The notes below the pieces were generated by a model. The model was not told the origin of the DNA. It ran no database searches and saw only the letters and a program-made list of their open reading frames with translations. From contig JBDKFG010000038.1 of the NCBI GenBank assembly GCA_039798785.1, positions 1-45,772 of the forward strand: a DNA stretch of 45,772 nucleotides. The letters run 5' to 3'. The translations under genes were made by a program, and so were the position numbers. Of the stretch, positions 36,639 through 45,772 are shown piece by piece. Positions within the stretch are counted from its first letter, which is position 1; each line of letters opens with the position of its first letter. This stretch comes from Verrucomicrobiota bacterium. Lineage in GTDB: Bacteria > Verrucomicrobiota > Lentisphaeria > Lentisphaerales > Lentisphaeraceae.

Positions 36639-37151
36639 TCAGCGGAGGATGTTGCGGGCTGCGACGCGAACCGCCTCGTGGGGATCGGAAAGAAGCAGGC
36701 GGGCGAGCTCGAGGGCGAGGTGCTGATCGATCAGGCAGGCTGCTACCAGGCTGCGTTCGCGGATGTACCAGGCCGGGTCGGCGGCGAGGCGGCGCAGATC
36801 GGGAGCCGCCTCGCCGAGGCGGAGCCGGGTGGCCGCCGCGAGACATTCCATCCGGACCGCGACCACCGGGTCGGAAAGTCCGGCGATGACTTCCGGAGCG
36901 AGCCGGATGTCGTGCATCGCGATCGCAGCGGACGCGGCCTTGATCCGGATCGCCGGATCGCTTGACAGGAAGCAGCGGCGGATGCCGGGGATGGCGCTTT
37001 CCTCCCGCAAGGCTCCGAGCACTTCCAAGGCCTCGACTTTGGCCTTCCTGTCGCCTCCCTCCAGGGCGCGGACATGGCGCTCCAGCGCGAGGCGTCCTAG
37101 AAGCGACAGTTTCTCGCCGATCAGCGCGGGATCTCTTTCGGCTTCGCTCAT
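36639..37151 (-). CDS. HEAT-repeat protein
   Basis: Repeats SSDPAIRIKAA, LSDPVVAVRMEC, AADPAWYIRERS, LSDPHEAVRVAA. Confidence 0.85.
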   Translation of the reverse strand: MSEAERDPALIGEKLSLLGRLALERHVRALEGGDRKAKVEALEVLGALREESAIPGIRRCFLSSDPAIRIKAASAAIAMHDIRLAPEVIAGLSDPVVAVRMECLAAATRLRLGEAAPDLRRLAADPAWYIRERSLVAACLIDQHLALELARLLLSDPHEAVRVAARNILR

Positions 37152-37179
37152 GAGCTCTCCGGTGGCTGGGCCGGCCGTA

Positions 37180-38286
37180 TCAGCGGCGGACTTCGTAGTG
37201 GAGGAGGAAGGGGACCGAGCCGAATTCGACCAGGTCGCCGGCGCGCAGGATGCCGCGATCGATCTGCTTGAGATTGACGTAGGTCTTGTTGGAGGACTGG
37301 TTGTCCTGGATCAGGATTTGCTTCTCCTTCACCGTCAGATAGGCGTGGACGCGGGAGACGCTGGCGTCGGGGATGCAGATGCGGGTGTCATTCTGGCGTC
37401 CGACGCTGAGGGGTTCGCGGCTGGGCATCAGGACGATGCTGGGCATCAGCCCGCTGGTATTGGTCAGGGTGAGGTGGGGCTGGCGGGAATAGCGCGAGCT
37501 CAAGGCCTCCGACTGCTCCAGGATCGAGCCGAGGATCTCGACCGTGAATTTCTGGCCGCCGGCTTCGATCTTGGCATTTTCGGTGAAGAGATGGGAGCCG
37601 ATGAGACGGCGGCCGTTGACCTGGATGCCCGGGGTGCCGAGGGTCAGATCCTCGAGGAAGAGGCCTTTCTGATTCCAGTAGATGATGAAGTGGAAGGGGC
37701 TGAGGGTGTTCCCGGGGAGATGGAAGTCGCAGGATTCGTGAGTGCCGACCAGGATCGGCGCCGCCGAAGACCCCTGTTCCTTGCCGTTGCAGGAGAGTCG
37801 GACGCAGGCGAGGTCGGGAAGATCGTTGCCCTGCACCTCGAGAAGACTTCTCTTCAGGGCGCAGGAATCGGTGTCGGTGTAGGTGTCGCAGTCGAGGCCG
37901 CAGAAGATCACCCAGGCGGTGCCGACGCGCAGGATCATCCGGGACTCGCTGCGGAAGTCGACCTGGCGGCGCGTGATCCCATCCATCAAGGTCAAGTCGC
38001 TGGCTCCGCAATCCATGAAGAACCAGCGCTTGCCGAACTTGACGCAGGCAACCTGGATGGGGGCGACCGAGCCGTCGCCGATGCGGATGTCCGCTTCTGC
38101 TCCGCGGCCGATGGTGTAGATCGGCTGGTCATCTTTGATCTCGACCCGCCGCACCTGGCCTTTCTCGAAGACGAAGAAGGAGGGCTTGAGCACTTTGTTG
38201 AAGCCAGCCTGAGGGGAGAGGGAGTTCATCCCGAGACGCATCTGTTCGGCTGGGGTGATCAAGGTCTTGGAAGAGTCTTCGCTCAT
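37180..38286 (-). CDS. Protein with three tandem FHA domains
   Basis: FHA1 TIGRGAEADIRI.D.SV; FHA2 LVGT.ESCDF.L....LSPFH...LEDL....G..VNG; FHA3 canonical VGRQ...I.I.DASVSRVHA...IQD.QSSNKTYVN. Confidence 0.88.
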   Translation of the reverse strand: MSEDSSKTLITPAEQMRLGMNSLSPQAGFNKVLKPSFFVFEKGQVRRVEIKDDQPIYTIGRGAEADIRIGDGSVAPIQVACVKFGKRWFFMDCGASDLTLMDGITRRQVDFRSESRMILRVGTAWVIFCGLDCDTYTDTDSCALKRSLLEVQGNDLPDLACVRLSCNGKEQGSSAAPILVGTHESCDFHLPGNTLSPFHFIIYWNQKGLFLEDLTLGTPGIQVNGRRLIGSHLFTENAKIEAGGQKFTVEILGSILEQSEALSSRYSRQPHLTLTNTSGLMPSIVLMPSREPLSVGRQNDTRICIPDASVSRVHAYLTVKEKQILIQDNQSSNKTYVNLKQIDRGILRAGDLVEFGSVPFLLHYEVRR

Positions 38287-38398
38287 TTTTACGTCTCCCG
38301 GTCTACGAGTTCAAATCTACCCGGAGGATCCGATTTCGCATCTGCACCCTGAAAATTATCGATCCTAGACCTGCCCGACTCATCCTTGATGCTGGCCT

Positions 38399-38456
38399 TC
38401 TGCGGATTGCCGTGGATTGGAAGGGATGGGAATTGACGGTCCCGGCAATCCGCAGA
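38399..38456. repeat. 14-bp perfect inverted repeat with a 30-nt spacer
   Basis: tctgcggattgccg (38399-38412) / cggcaatccgcaga (38443-38456), between pdxA and the FHA gene. Confidence 0.8.
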
Positions 38457-38480
38457 CTTGAGAGTCATGCAGCCCGGAGC

Positions 38481-39506
38481 TTATCTCTGCGAGCGCTTCT
38501 GGCCGGCCAGGTCCGCCGCCATTTTTAATGCGGCGAAGAAGCTGCCGGTGCCGGCTTGTCCCTTCCAGGCGATGTCGTAGGCGGTGCCGTGATCCGGGCT
38601 GGTGCGGATGATCGGCAGTCCGAGGGTGCAGTTGACGCCGCAGTCGAAGGCCAGCATCTTGAAGGGGATGTGCCCTTGGTCGTGGTACATCGCCACGATG
38701 CCGTCGAAGCGCTCGCGGATGCGGGGGACGAAAAGGGTGTCGGCCGGAAAAGGACCGGCGATGTCGACGCCCTCCCGACGCAGTTCCTCCAAGGCGGGAA
38801 TGACCAGGTCCAGCTCCTCGCGGCCGAGGTAGCCGCCTTCACCGGCGTGGGGGTTGAGGCCGCAAGCCGCAAGCTTCGGTGCAGAAATTCCGCCGGCCTG
38901 CAGGGCCTGCCGCAGCAGCAGCGCGGCCCGCCGGATCCGCGCCGCGTCGAGACCCGCCGCCGCCGACGCCAGGGACATGTGGCAGGTGGCGAAGCTCACC
39001 TGGAGCTTGTGACGCTTCGACGACTGCATCATCACGAAATCCTCGCTGCCGCTCAGCTCCGCGACCAGCTCGGTGTGCCCGCAGAAGGCGATGCCAGCCA
39101 GATTCACCGCCTCTTTCGACAGAGGGGCCGTCGTCATCGCGTCGAATTCCCCGGCCAGCACGCCGCGGCAGGCACGCACCACCGCCTCGTATCCCGCCCG
39201 GCCACAGGCGGCGTCCGCCCGGCCCACCGGCCATTCCTCCAGCTCGCCGCAGTCGACATGGCGGATCACCCGTCTCGACGCCGCATCCGACTTCCCTTCC
39301 CACGGCGCCAGCTCCGCTCCCGGAGCCCAAAGCTTCGCCGCCGCCGCAACCGCCTTCGCCGGGCCGATCAACACCGGCTGCAGGCGCCGCCGCAGTGATG
39401 CCGAGATCGCCGCCCGGATGCACAGTTCAGGCCCGATTCCTGCGGCATCGCCCAGGCTGAGAGCTATCACCGGACGCCAGGCTTTTTTTGTCGACTTGTC
39501 TTGCAT
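38481..39506 (-). CDS. pdxA: 4-hydroxythreonine-4-phosphate dehydrogenase family (PdxA/PdxA2)
   Basis: GDAAGIGPE, TAPLSKE, GHTE, GLNPHAGE.G, GP.PADT.F, AMYHDQG.IP.K, GLPIIRTSPDHGTAYDIA. Confidence 0.95.
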   Translation of the reverse strand: MQDKSTKKAWRPVIALSLGDAAGIGPELCIRAAISASLRRRLQPVLIGPAKAVAAAAKLWAPGAELAPWEGKSDAASRRVIRHVDCGELEEWPVGRADAACGRAGYEAVVRACRGVLAGEFDAMTTAPLSKEAVNLAGIAFCGHTELVAELSGSEDFVMMQSSKRHKLQVSFATCHMSLASAAAGLDAARIRRAALLLRQALQAGGISAPKLAACGLNPHAGEGGYLGREELDLVIPALEELRREGVDIAGPFPADTLFVPRIRERFDGIVAMYHDQGHIPFKMLAFDCGVNCTLGLPIIRTSPDHGTAYDIAWKGQAGTGSFFAALKMAADLAGQKRSQR

Positions 39507-39575
39507 TTATGACACGAGGCCTTCTTGTTGTCTAGGGAACTCAAGATATCACAGTTAACCGAAAAGGAGAATGCC

Positions 39576-40832
39576 ATGCCTGACCCACTCTTCGAAAATG
39601 TCATCCGTAAATTCAACGAGGTCGCCGACCGGATCCAGCTTGAGCCGCGGGTGCGGACCATCCTGTCGCAACCGAAGAACGAGATCATCGTCAACTTCCC
39701 GGTGAAGATGGACGACGGCAGCTACCGTCTCTTCAAGGGCTACCGCGTCCAGCACAACAACGTCCTCGGGCCCTACAAGGGCGGTTTCCGCTTCCACGAG
39801 GAGGTCAATCTCGACGAGGTGAAGGCCCTGGCGATGCTGATGACGATCAAGTGCGCTCTCGCCGGCCTGCCGCTGGGCGGCGCCAAGGGCGGCATCAAGT
39901 TCAATCCCAAGTCGGTCTCCAACGCCGAGATGGAGCGGATCACGCGCCGCTTCGTACACGCTCTCGGTTCCAACATCGGCCCCTTCCATGACATCCCGGC
40001 TCCGGACGTCGGCACCAACGCCCAGACCATGGACTGGATGATGGATACCTATGTCAACACCGCCAACGCCAGCGAACGTCATAACCTCAAGGGCGTGGTC
40101 ACCGGCAAGAGCGTCGACGCCGGTGGCACCGTCGGGCGCGAGGCTGCGACCGGTACCGGCGCCGTGATGTGCATCGAGGAATGGGCGCACGTCAAGGGGC
40201 TTAGTCTCTCGGGCATGAGTTACGCCATCCAGGGCTTCGGCAACGTCGGCTCCTGGGCGGCCGTCGCCATGGCCCGCAACGGCGCCCGGCTCGTCGCCGT
40301 CAACGACGCGGCCGGCACCATCATTGATCCCAACGGCATCGATGTCGAGGCTTTGCGCCGCTACGTCCGGGAGCACCGCACCCTCGAAGGCTTCGGCAGC
40401 CGTCCCCTTGCCGACCGCAATTCCTTCTGGAGCGTGCCCTGCGACATCATGATCCCTGCCGCGCTGGAAAACCAGATCGGCGCCGCCGAGGCCGCCGCCC
40501 TGAAGTGCCGTCTCATTGCCGAAGGCGCCAACGGCCCCACCACTCCCGAAGGCGATGCGGTGCTGGAAAAGCGCGGCATCGAGATCATCCCGGATGTCCT
40601 CTGCAACTCCGGCGGCGTCATCGTCTCCTACTTCGAATGGCTGCAGAACAAGACCGGCGAAGCCTGGGACGAAGAACGGGTCACGCACAGCCTGCGCAAG
40701 ACCATCACCAAGGCGCACCGCGAAGTCGCCGGCGTCGCCGCCGCCAACAAGATCGATATGCGGAGCGCGTGCTACTGGAAGGCACTCAAGCAGATCGATC
40801 GGGTCTACGCCGCCCGCGGCATCTTCCCCTGA
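39576..40832 (+). CDS. gdhA: Glutamate dehydrogenase (Glu/Leu/Phe/Val family)
   Basis: GYRVQHN..LGPYKGG.RF, LPLGGAKGGI, DIPAPDVGT, VVTGK...GG..GR..ATG, QGFGNVG, EGANGPTT, N.GGV.VSYFEW.QN; AGGAG upstream. Confidence 0.95.
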   Translation: MPDPLFENVIRKFNEVADRIQLEPRVRTILSQPKNEIIVNFPVKMDDGSYRLFKGYRVQHNNVLGPYKGGFRFHEEVNLDEVKALAMLMTIKCALAGLPLGGAKGGIKFNPKSVSNAEMERITRRFVHALGSNIGPFHDIPAPDVGTNAQTMDWMMDTYVNTANASERHNLKGVVTGKSVDAGGTVGREAATGTGAVMCIEEWAHVKGLSLSGMSYAIQGFGNVGSWAAVAMARNGARLVAVNDAAGTIIDPNGIDVEALRRYVREHRTLEGFGSRPLADRNSFWSVPCDIMIPAALENQIGAAEAAALKCRLIAEGANGPTTPEGDAVLEKRGIEIIPDVLCNSGGVIVSYFEWLQNKTGEAWDEERVTHSLRKTITKAHREVAGVAAANKIDMRSACYWKALKQIDRVYAARGIFP

Positions 40833-40855
40833 AAGATCCGGGGAGTCGATCTTCA

Positions 40856-40882
40856 GCCCGCCGGTTTCCGGCGGGCATTTTT
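40856..40882 (+). terminator. gdhA intrinsic terminator
   Basis: gcccgccgg-ttt-ccggcgggc followed by attttt. Confidence 0.85.
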
Positions 40883-40904
40883 CGACCTGTGCAAAGTCTG
40901 ATTG

Positions 40905-41132
40905 CACCCTGGAAGGTCGGCCGGATGTCAGCCCAGGGTGTAGCGACGAGGCAAGAGTCGCAAACCCTGGGTAGGGGAGGAAATCGACCGGAGCCCCAGA
41001 GGGGCGAGCAGATGCCGTGATTGACGCGGATGATCTCTGGAGACTCCTCCGGTGCTAGAATCGACTCGGTATCCCACCCAGGTTTTGCCTTCGTCCCTCG
41101 GGCTGTCTGCTGGCAGCCCATCCGTGGCATGA
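40905..41132. repeat. Degenerate REP/REPIN-like palindromic element
   Basis: Nested palindromes agcccagggt...aaccctgggt and gcccc-aga-ggggc, with a decayed mirror half cccaggtt...ccctcgggct. Confidence 0.5.
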
Positions 41133-41345
41133 AGATGCGGCAAGCTCGAGACTTGCTCAGGTCGCTTTTTCTTCTGTGCTGAGCGGCTGGTTATGCTTGG
41201 CTTTCTGGCGCTTCTCCGTGTTGCGGGCCTGGTTGTTTCGGCTCTGTAAGAAGTGCTTCGATGCGTAAGTTTTCGCAATCTTTTGTTTTGCCGGCGGGGG
41301 TTTGCCCGGGAAGCCGCGCTATCTTCGGCAAATTTTGGAGCCTTC

Positions 41346-41810
41346 GTGTCTTTGACCCTGAAAAACCTCGCCGCCTGGATCCTGCTGCCGCTGAGCTGCG
41401 GCCTGCTTCTCTTCGCTTGGAAATGGCAGATGCCGGATCCGCGTCTCCCGGATCTGCCGCCCGAGCCCCGGCCGCTCGTCGTCCAGTCGCAGGGCTTGCA
41501 ATCTCAGGCGCCGTTTATGAGCCTGGTCGCCGCCAAGGCGAAAAAGGATCTCTCTTCCTCGAGCGCGATGCAGACCGTGCAGCTGCCGCCCCCGGCTTTC
41601 AACCTCCGCGGCATCGCATTGGTCGAAGGAAGAGGCCTGGCCTTGATCGAAACGCTCGGCGGCCAAAGCCCCAGCCGCTGGCTCAAAGCCGGAGACAAAC
41701 TTCCCGACGCCGGCAGGATCGACGAGATCCGGGCCGATCGAATCCTCTACACCAGCCCCGACGGCTCGCGCAAGGAACTGCGTCTGCCGCAAAGGAACCC
41801 GCCCCGATGA
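41346..41810 (+). CDS. GspC/PilP-like T2SS inner-membrane platform protein
   Basis: N-terminal TM; HR-domain pattern FNLRGI......ALIE.......LKAGD.L....I.EI..DRI; coupled to the secretin gene. Confidence 0.7.
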   Translation: MSLTLKNLAAWILLPLSCGLLLFAWKWQMPDPRLPDLPPEPRPLVVQSQGLQSQAPFMSLVAAKAKKDLSSSSAMQTVQLPPPAFNLRGIALVEGRGLALIETLGGQSPSRWLKAGDKLPDAGRIDEIRADRILYTSPDGSRKELRLPQRNPPR

Positions 41811-43848
41811 ATCTCGCCGCCTCCCGCCTCTGCCTCTCGAGTTCACTGCTCCTCCTTGCCGCCTGCCAAAGCACGCCCGAGGCCCAGCCCGAGCCCGTCC
41901 TCGAAATCCGATCGGGCCAGCCGATCGAGGCCGGCCTTCTCCTGCCGGCGGAGAAAGCCGTGGCGGTCAAGCCGCCTGAGGAACGCCCGGTCTACGCCCG
42001 CGTCGCCAATGAAGCCAAGGCCGTCGATGCGGAGCCGGCACTGCCCCTGCAAACCCGTCTCGACGGTGTCAAGATCGGCGAATTCGTCGCCCTCATGGCC
42101 CGCCCGGAAATCCTCAACTTCCCCTATGTGATCGATGCCCAGGCCGCCGGCGGTACCGTCACCCTCGACCTTGGCGAAGCCCGTTTCGGTCGCAGCGCTG
42201 CCGAGGCCCTGTTGCAGACGGTGCTGAGGATGAACGGGCTGGTGATCGAAACCGGCCCCGGCGGAGTCCGCAAGATCCTGCCGGGCAGCAAGGCGGGCCG
42301 CTCGGAAGGCACCAGCCTGGCGGTTCTCCAGGTCGCCGGATTGAGCTCGCAAGAAGCGATCACCCTGCTCAAGCCGCTGCTGCCGGAAAGCTGCCAGCTG
42401 TCGCCCCTGCCGCGCAGCGGCTCCTTTGTCGTCTCCGACAGCCTTGAAGTGGTCGAACGGGCCAAGCTGATCGCCTCGCAATTGGCGGTGAAAGGACCCG
42501 CCGGCTGGCCTCTCGCCGTCATCCCGCTGAAGGAGATGGCGCCTGGCAAGATCATCGCCGAGCTGCGTGGCATCCTCCCCGTCCTTGGCCTGCCGGTCGA
42601 CGGCGACGGGGCGGTGAAGTTCGCCGCCATCGAACGCACCCAGATGCTCCTCGTCTGCGCCGCCACCCCCTCCGCTCTTGATGAAATCCGCGCTTGGGTC
42701 GCCTCGCTCGATGTCGCCGACGCAGGTCAGGAGTCGCAGCTTTACCGCTACCCGGTCCGCCATGGCGTCGCCCGCGATATGATGCTCAAAACCGCCGCAT
42801 TTTTCCCCAACGCCGTCACCACTTTCGACCAAGGTCCGGAAAACCGCGGCGAGGGCAATTCCGCCGCCGGCGGCCCCACCCCCGCTCCCGCCCCGATGCG
42901 CCCCCCAGGTGACAAGGACAACACTCCCGCCGGCTTCCAGGAGAACATGGCGCTCGTCGAGGACGCCCGCCAGAATCAGATCATCCTCCGCCTCAGCCCC
43001 CGCGCCTGGCGCCTCGCCAAACCTCTGCTCGAATCGCTCGATGCCCCGCCACTCCAATGCATCGTCGAAGTCACCGCCGTCGATGTCCAGCTCAGCTCCG
43101 ACCTGTCCTACGGCGTCACCTGGGCCCTCGACAAGAAGTTCGGCAACAACAACGGCCAGCTCGGCTCGGGCAATAGCGGCGCCTCAGCTCCCAACTTTTC
43201 GCCGGGAACGGTGACTCCCGGCCTCAGCGGCATGTTGCAGCGAGCCGGAGCCACCGATGAATTCGCCTTGCTCCAGGCTCTCGACAGCGATGTCAAAAGC
43301 GAAGTCCTCTTCCGACCCAAACTGCTCACCACCAACGGACGCGCCGCAGAAATCAAGATCGGCCAGCAAGTCCCGGTCCGCCTCGGCAGCAATTCCAACG
43401 AAAACGGGGTGCAGGAGAATGTCCAGTACCGCGACACCGGGGTCAAACTCAAGGTGACTCCCCGCATCAGCGCCGGACGCAAGGTCAGCCTCAGCATCGA
43501 GCAGGAGATCTCCGGCGTCGCCGAAAATGCCAACAGCGGCAGCTCCATCGATTCCCCCGTGATCAGCGAAACCACGCTGAAGACCGACCTCACCGTCGAC
43601 GACGGCGAAATGATCCTGATGGGGGGCATGATCAGCCGCGACAACAGCCAGAGCTCCTCCGGCATCCCTCTGCTCAAGGACATCCCCTTCCTCGGCTGGC
43701 TCTTCTCCGGCCGCAGCGACAAAGGGGCCCGCAAGGAACTTGTCCTATTCCTGAAAGTGCGCGTCGTCGAATCCGCCCCCGGCCCCGCCGCCCTCGCCGA
43801 GGAGTACCGTCACGCCGTGGAAATGATGAAGCGCAAGGACGTCGATCC

Positions 43849-43852
<4 letters not shown>
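41807..43852 (+). CDS. gspD: Type II secretion secretin, lipoprotein form
   Basis: Lipobox LLAA-C; N domains (LDEIRAWVASLD; L..LD.PP.Q..VEV); secretin core P.LLTTNGR.AEI.IGQQVP, YRDTGVKLKVTPRI, SGIPLLKDIPFLGWLF. Confidence 0.9.
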
Positions 43853-44990
<1,138 letters not shown>

Positions 44991-44994
<4 letters not shown>

Positions 44995-45500
44995 GCCCCC
45001 GCACATTCGTCCTGGCGGCTCTTCTCGCCGCCCTCCTCGCCGGCCTCGGCTTCAGCCTCGCCCCTCGCCCTGCCGGCGGCGATCTTGCCGGACGCTGCCG
45101 AGCTGCCGCCAAGGAGGCTCAGGCTGCCCTCAAGGAGCGTCAGCAGCACGAGCGCGACGCCGCGGCGCTGCAGCGTCACCTGGATCATCTCTGGCCTGCC
45201 GAAAGCAGCCCCAGCAGCCTCCAGAGCCGTCTCCGCGCCCTCGCGCAGCAATCCGCTTGCCAGCTCGGCTTCAATGCCAACTCCGAGATCAAAGGCGGCA
45301 AGGAGCGGAGCGTCGACCTGCTCAATTGCTCCAGCCGCGGCGAAGGCCAGCTCGAAGCTCTTCTCCGCTTTCTCGCCAATGTCGAGGCCCACCGCCCCAG
45401 CCTCGCCCTCACTTCTTGCCGTCTCTCCCCGATCCCTTCCAAGCCCGGTGTCTGGTCCCTCGATGCTCAAATCCAGGCAACGAAACGCCGCGGTCCTTGA
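44991..45500 (+). CDS. GspM/PilO-like protein
   Basis: N-terminal TM, coiled coil, LQ..L..LA, G....LLRFL.NVE...P.L.L; ATGA-coupled. Confidence 0.65.
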
Positions 45501-45694
45501 TCGTTGGCAGCTTGATCCTAAAAAACCACAGTTGAAAGGTTGGCAGGTTCAAGGGTTAAACCTGGATTCCGGAGTTAAGCTTGGGCTCAGCTTCCGAATC
45601 CAGGATTCAAAATTCAAAATTCCAGATAACACCAACGAAATCAAAGATTAAAAATTGAAAAACCCGCTTAGGAATTAGATGGTTACCGCTTCAC

Positions 45695-45718
45695 ATGATA
45701 CACGCCGTGTATCATAAT
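45695..45718 (+). promoter_or_regulatory. Palindromic operator overlapping a -10-like box for a gene beyond the window
   Basis: atgatacacg-c-cgtgtatcat (perfect 10-bp arms, 45695-45715) overlapping cataat (45713-45718) in AT-rich DNA. Confidence 0.55.
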
Positions 45719-45772
45719 CACAAAACTAAGCAAATGAATAATTTGGGGTGTCTTTGCGAGCGAAAGTCGGGA

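Noticed and set aside
41261..41806. N-terminal 180-aa extension of the secretin ORF given in the ORF track
   Set aside because: It overlaps the gspC-like gene in another frame; ATG 41807 gives a proper lipoprotein signal and ATGA coupling

Overview
High-GC bacterial chromosomal segment. Gene content (prenyltransferase-repeat/vWA lipoprotein, GYF_2-RDD protein, lipoprotein secretin, multi-FHA protein) suggests a PVC-superphylum organism such as Lentisphaerota; this is inference only. Housekeeping genes: murE, pyrF, msrC-like GAF, purK, smpB, trpB/trpA, a complete F1Fo ATP synthase operon, thrS, pdxA, gdhA and a partial T2SS cluster (C-D-L-M like). Accessory elements of interest: (1) a co-oriented cluster of a triple-FHA protein, a HEAT protein, a ~900-aa SF2 helicase whose ATPase motifs are all degenerate, and a TM0106/RecB-Cas4-like nuclease with intact catalytic motifs; (2) an ABC/AAA ATPase plus TOPRIM-like (DUF3226-type) pair between trpB and trpA; (3) a 252-bp tandemly duplicated structured-leader plus signal-peptide cassette with a 31-bp triplication at the edge of an AT-rich, immunity-like island; (4) an orphan higA flanked by ~120-bp direct repeats that copy the atpC 3' end and terminator; (5) an unannotated 30-aa membrane peptide coupled to an SPFH gene; (6) several periodic inverted-repeat elements in intergenic DNA. 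No rRNA, tRNA, CRISPR array, integrase or transposase was recognised. All family calls come from motif recognition by eye, not database searches.
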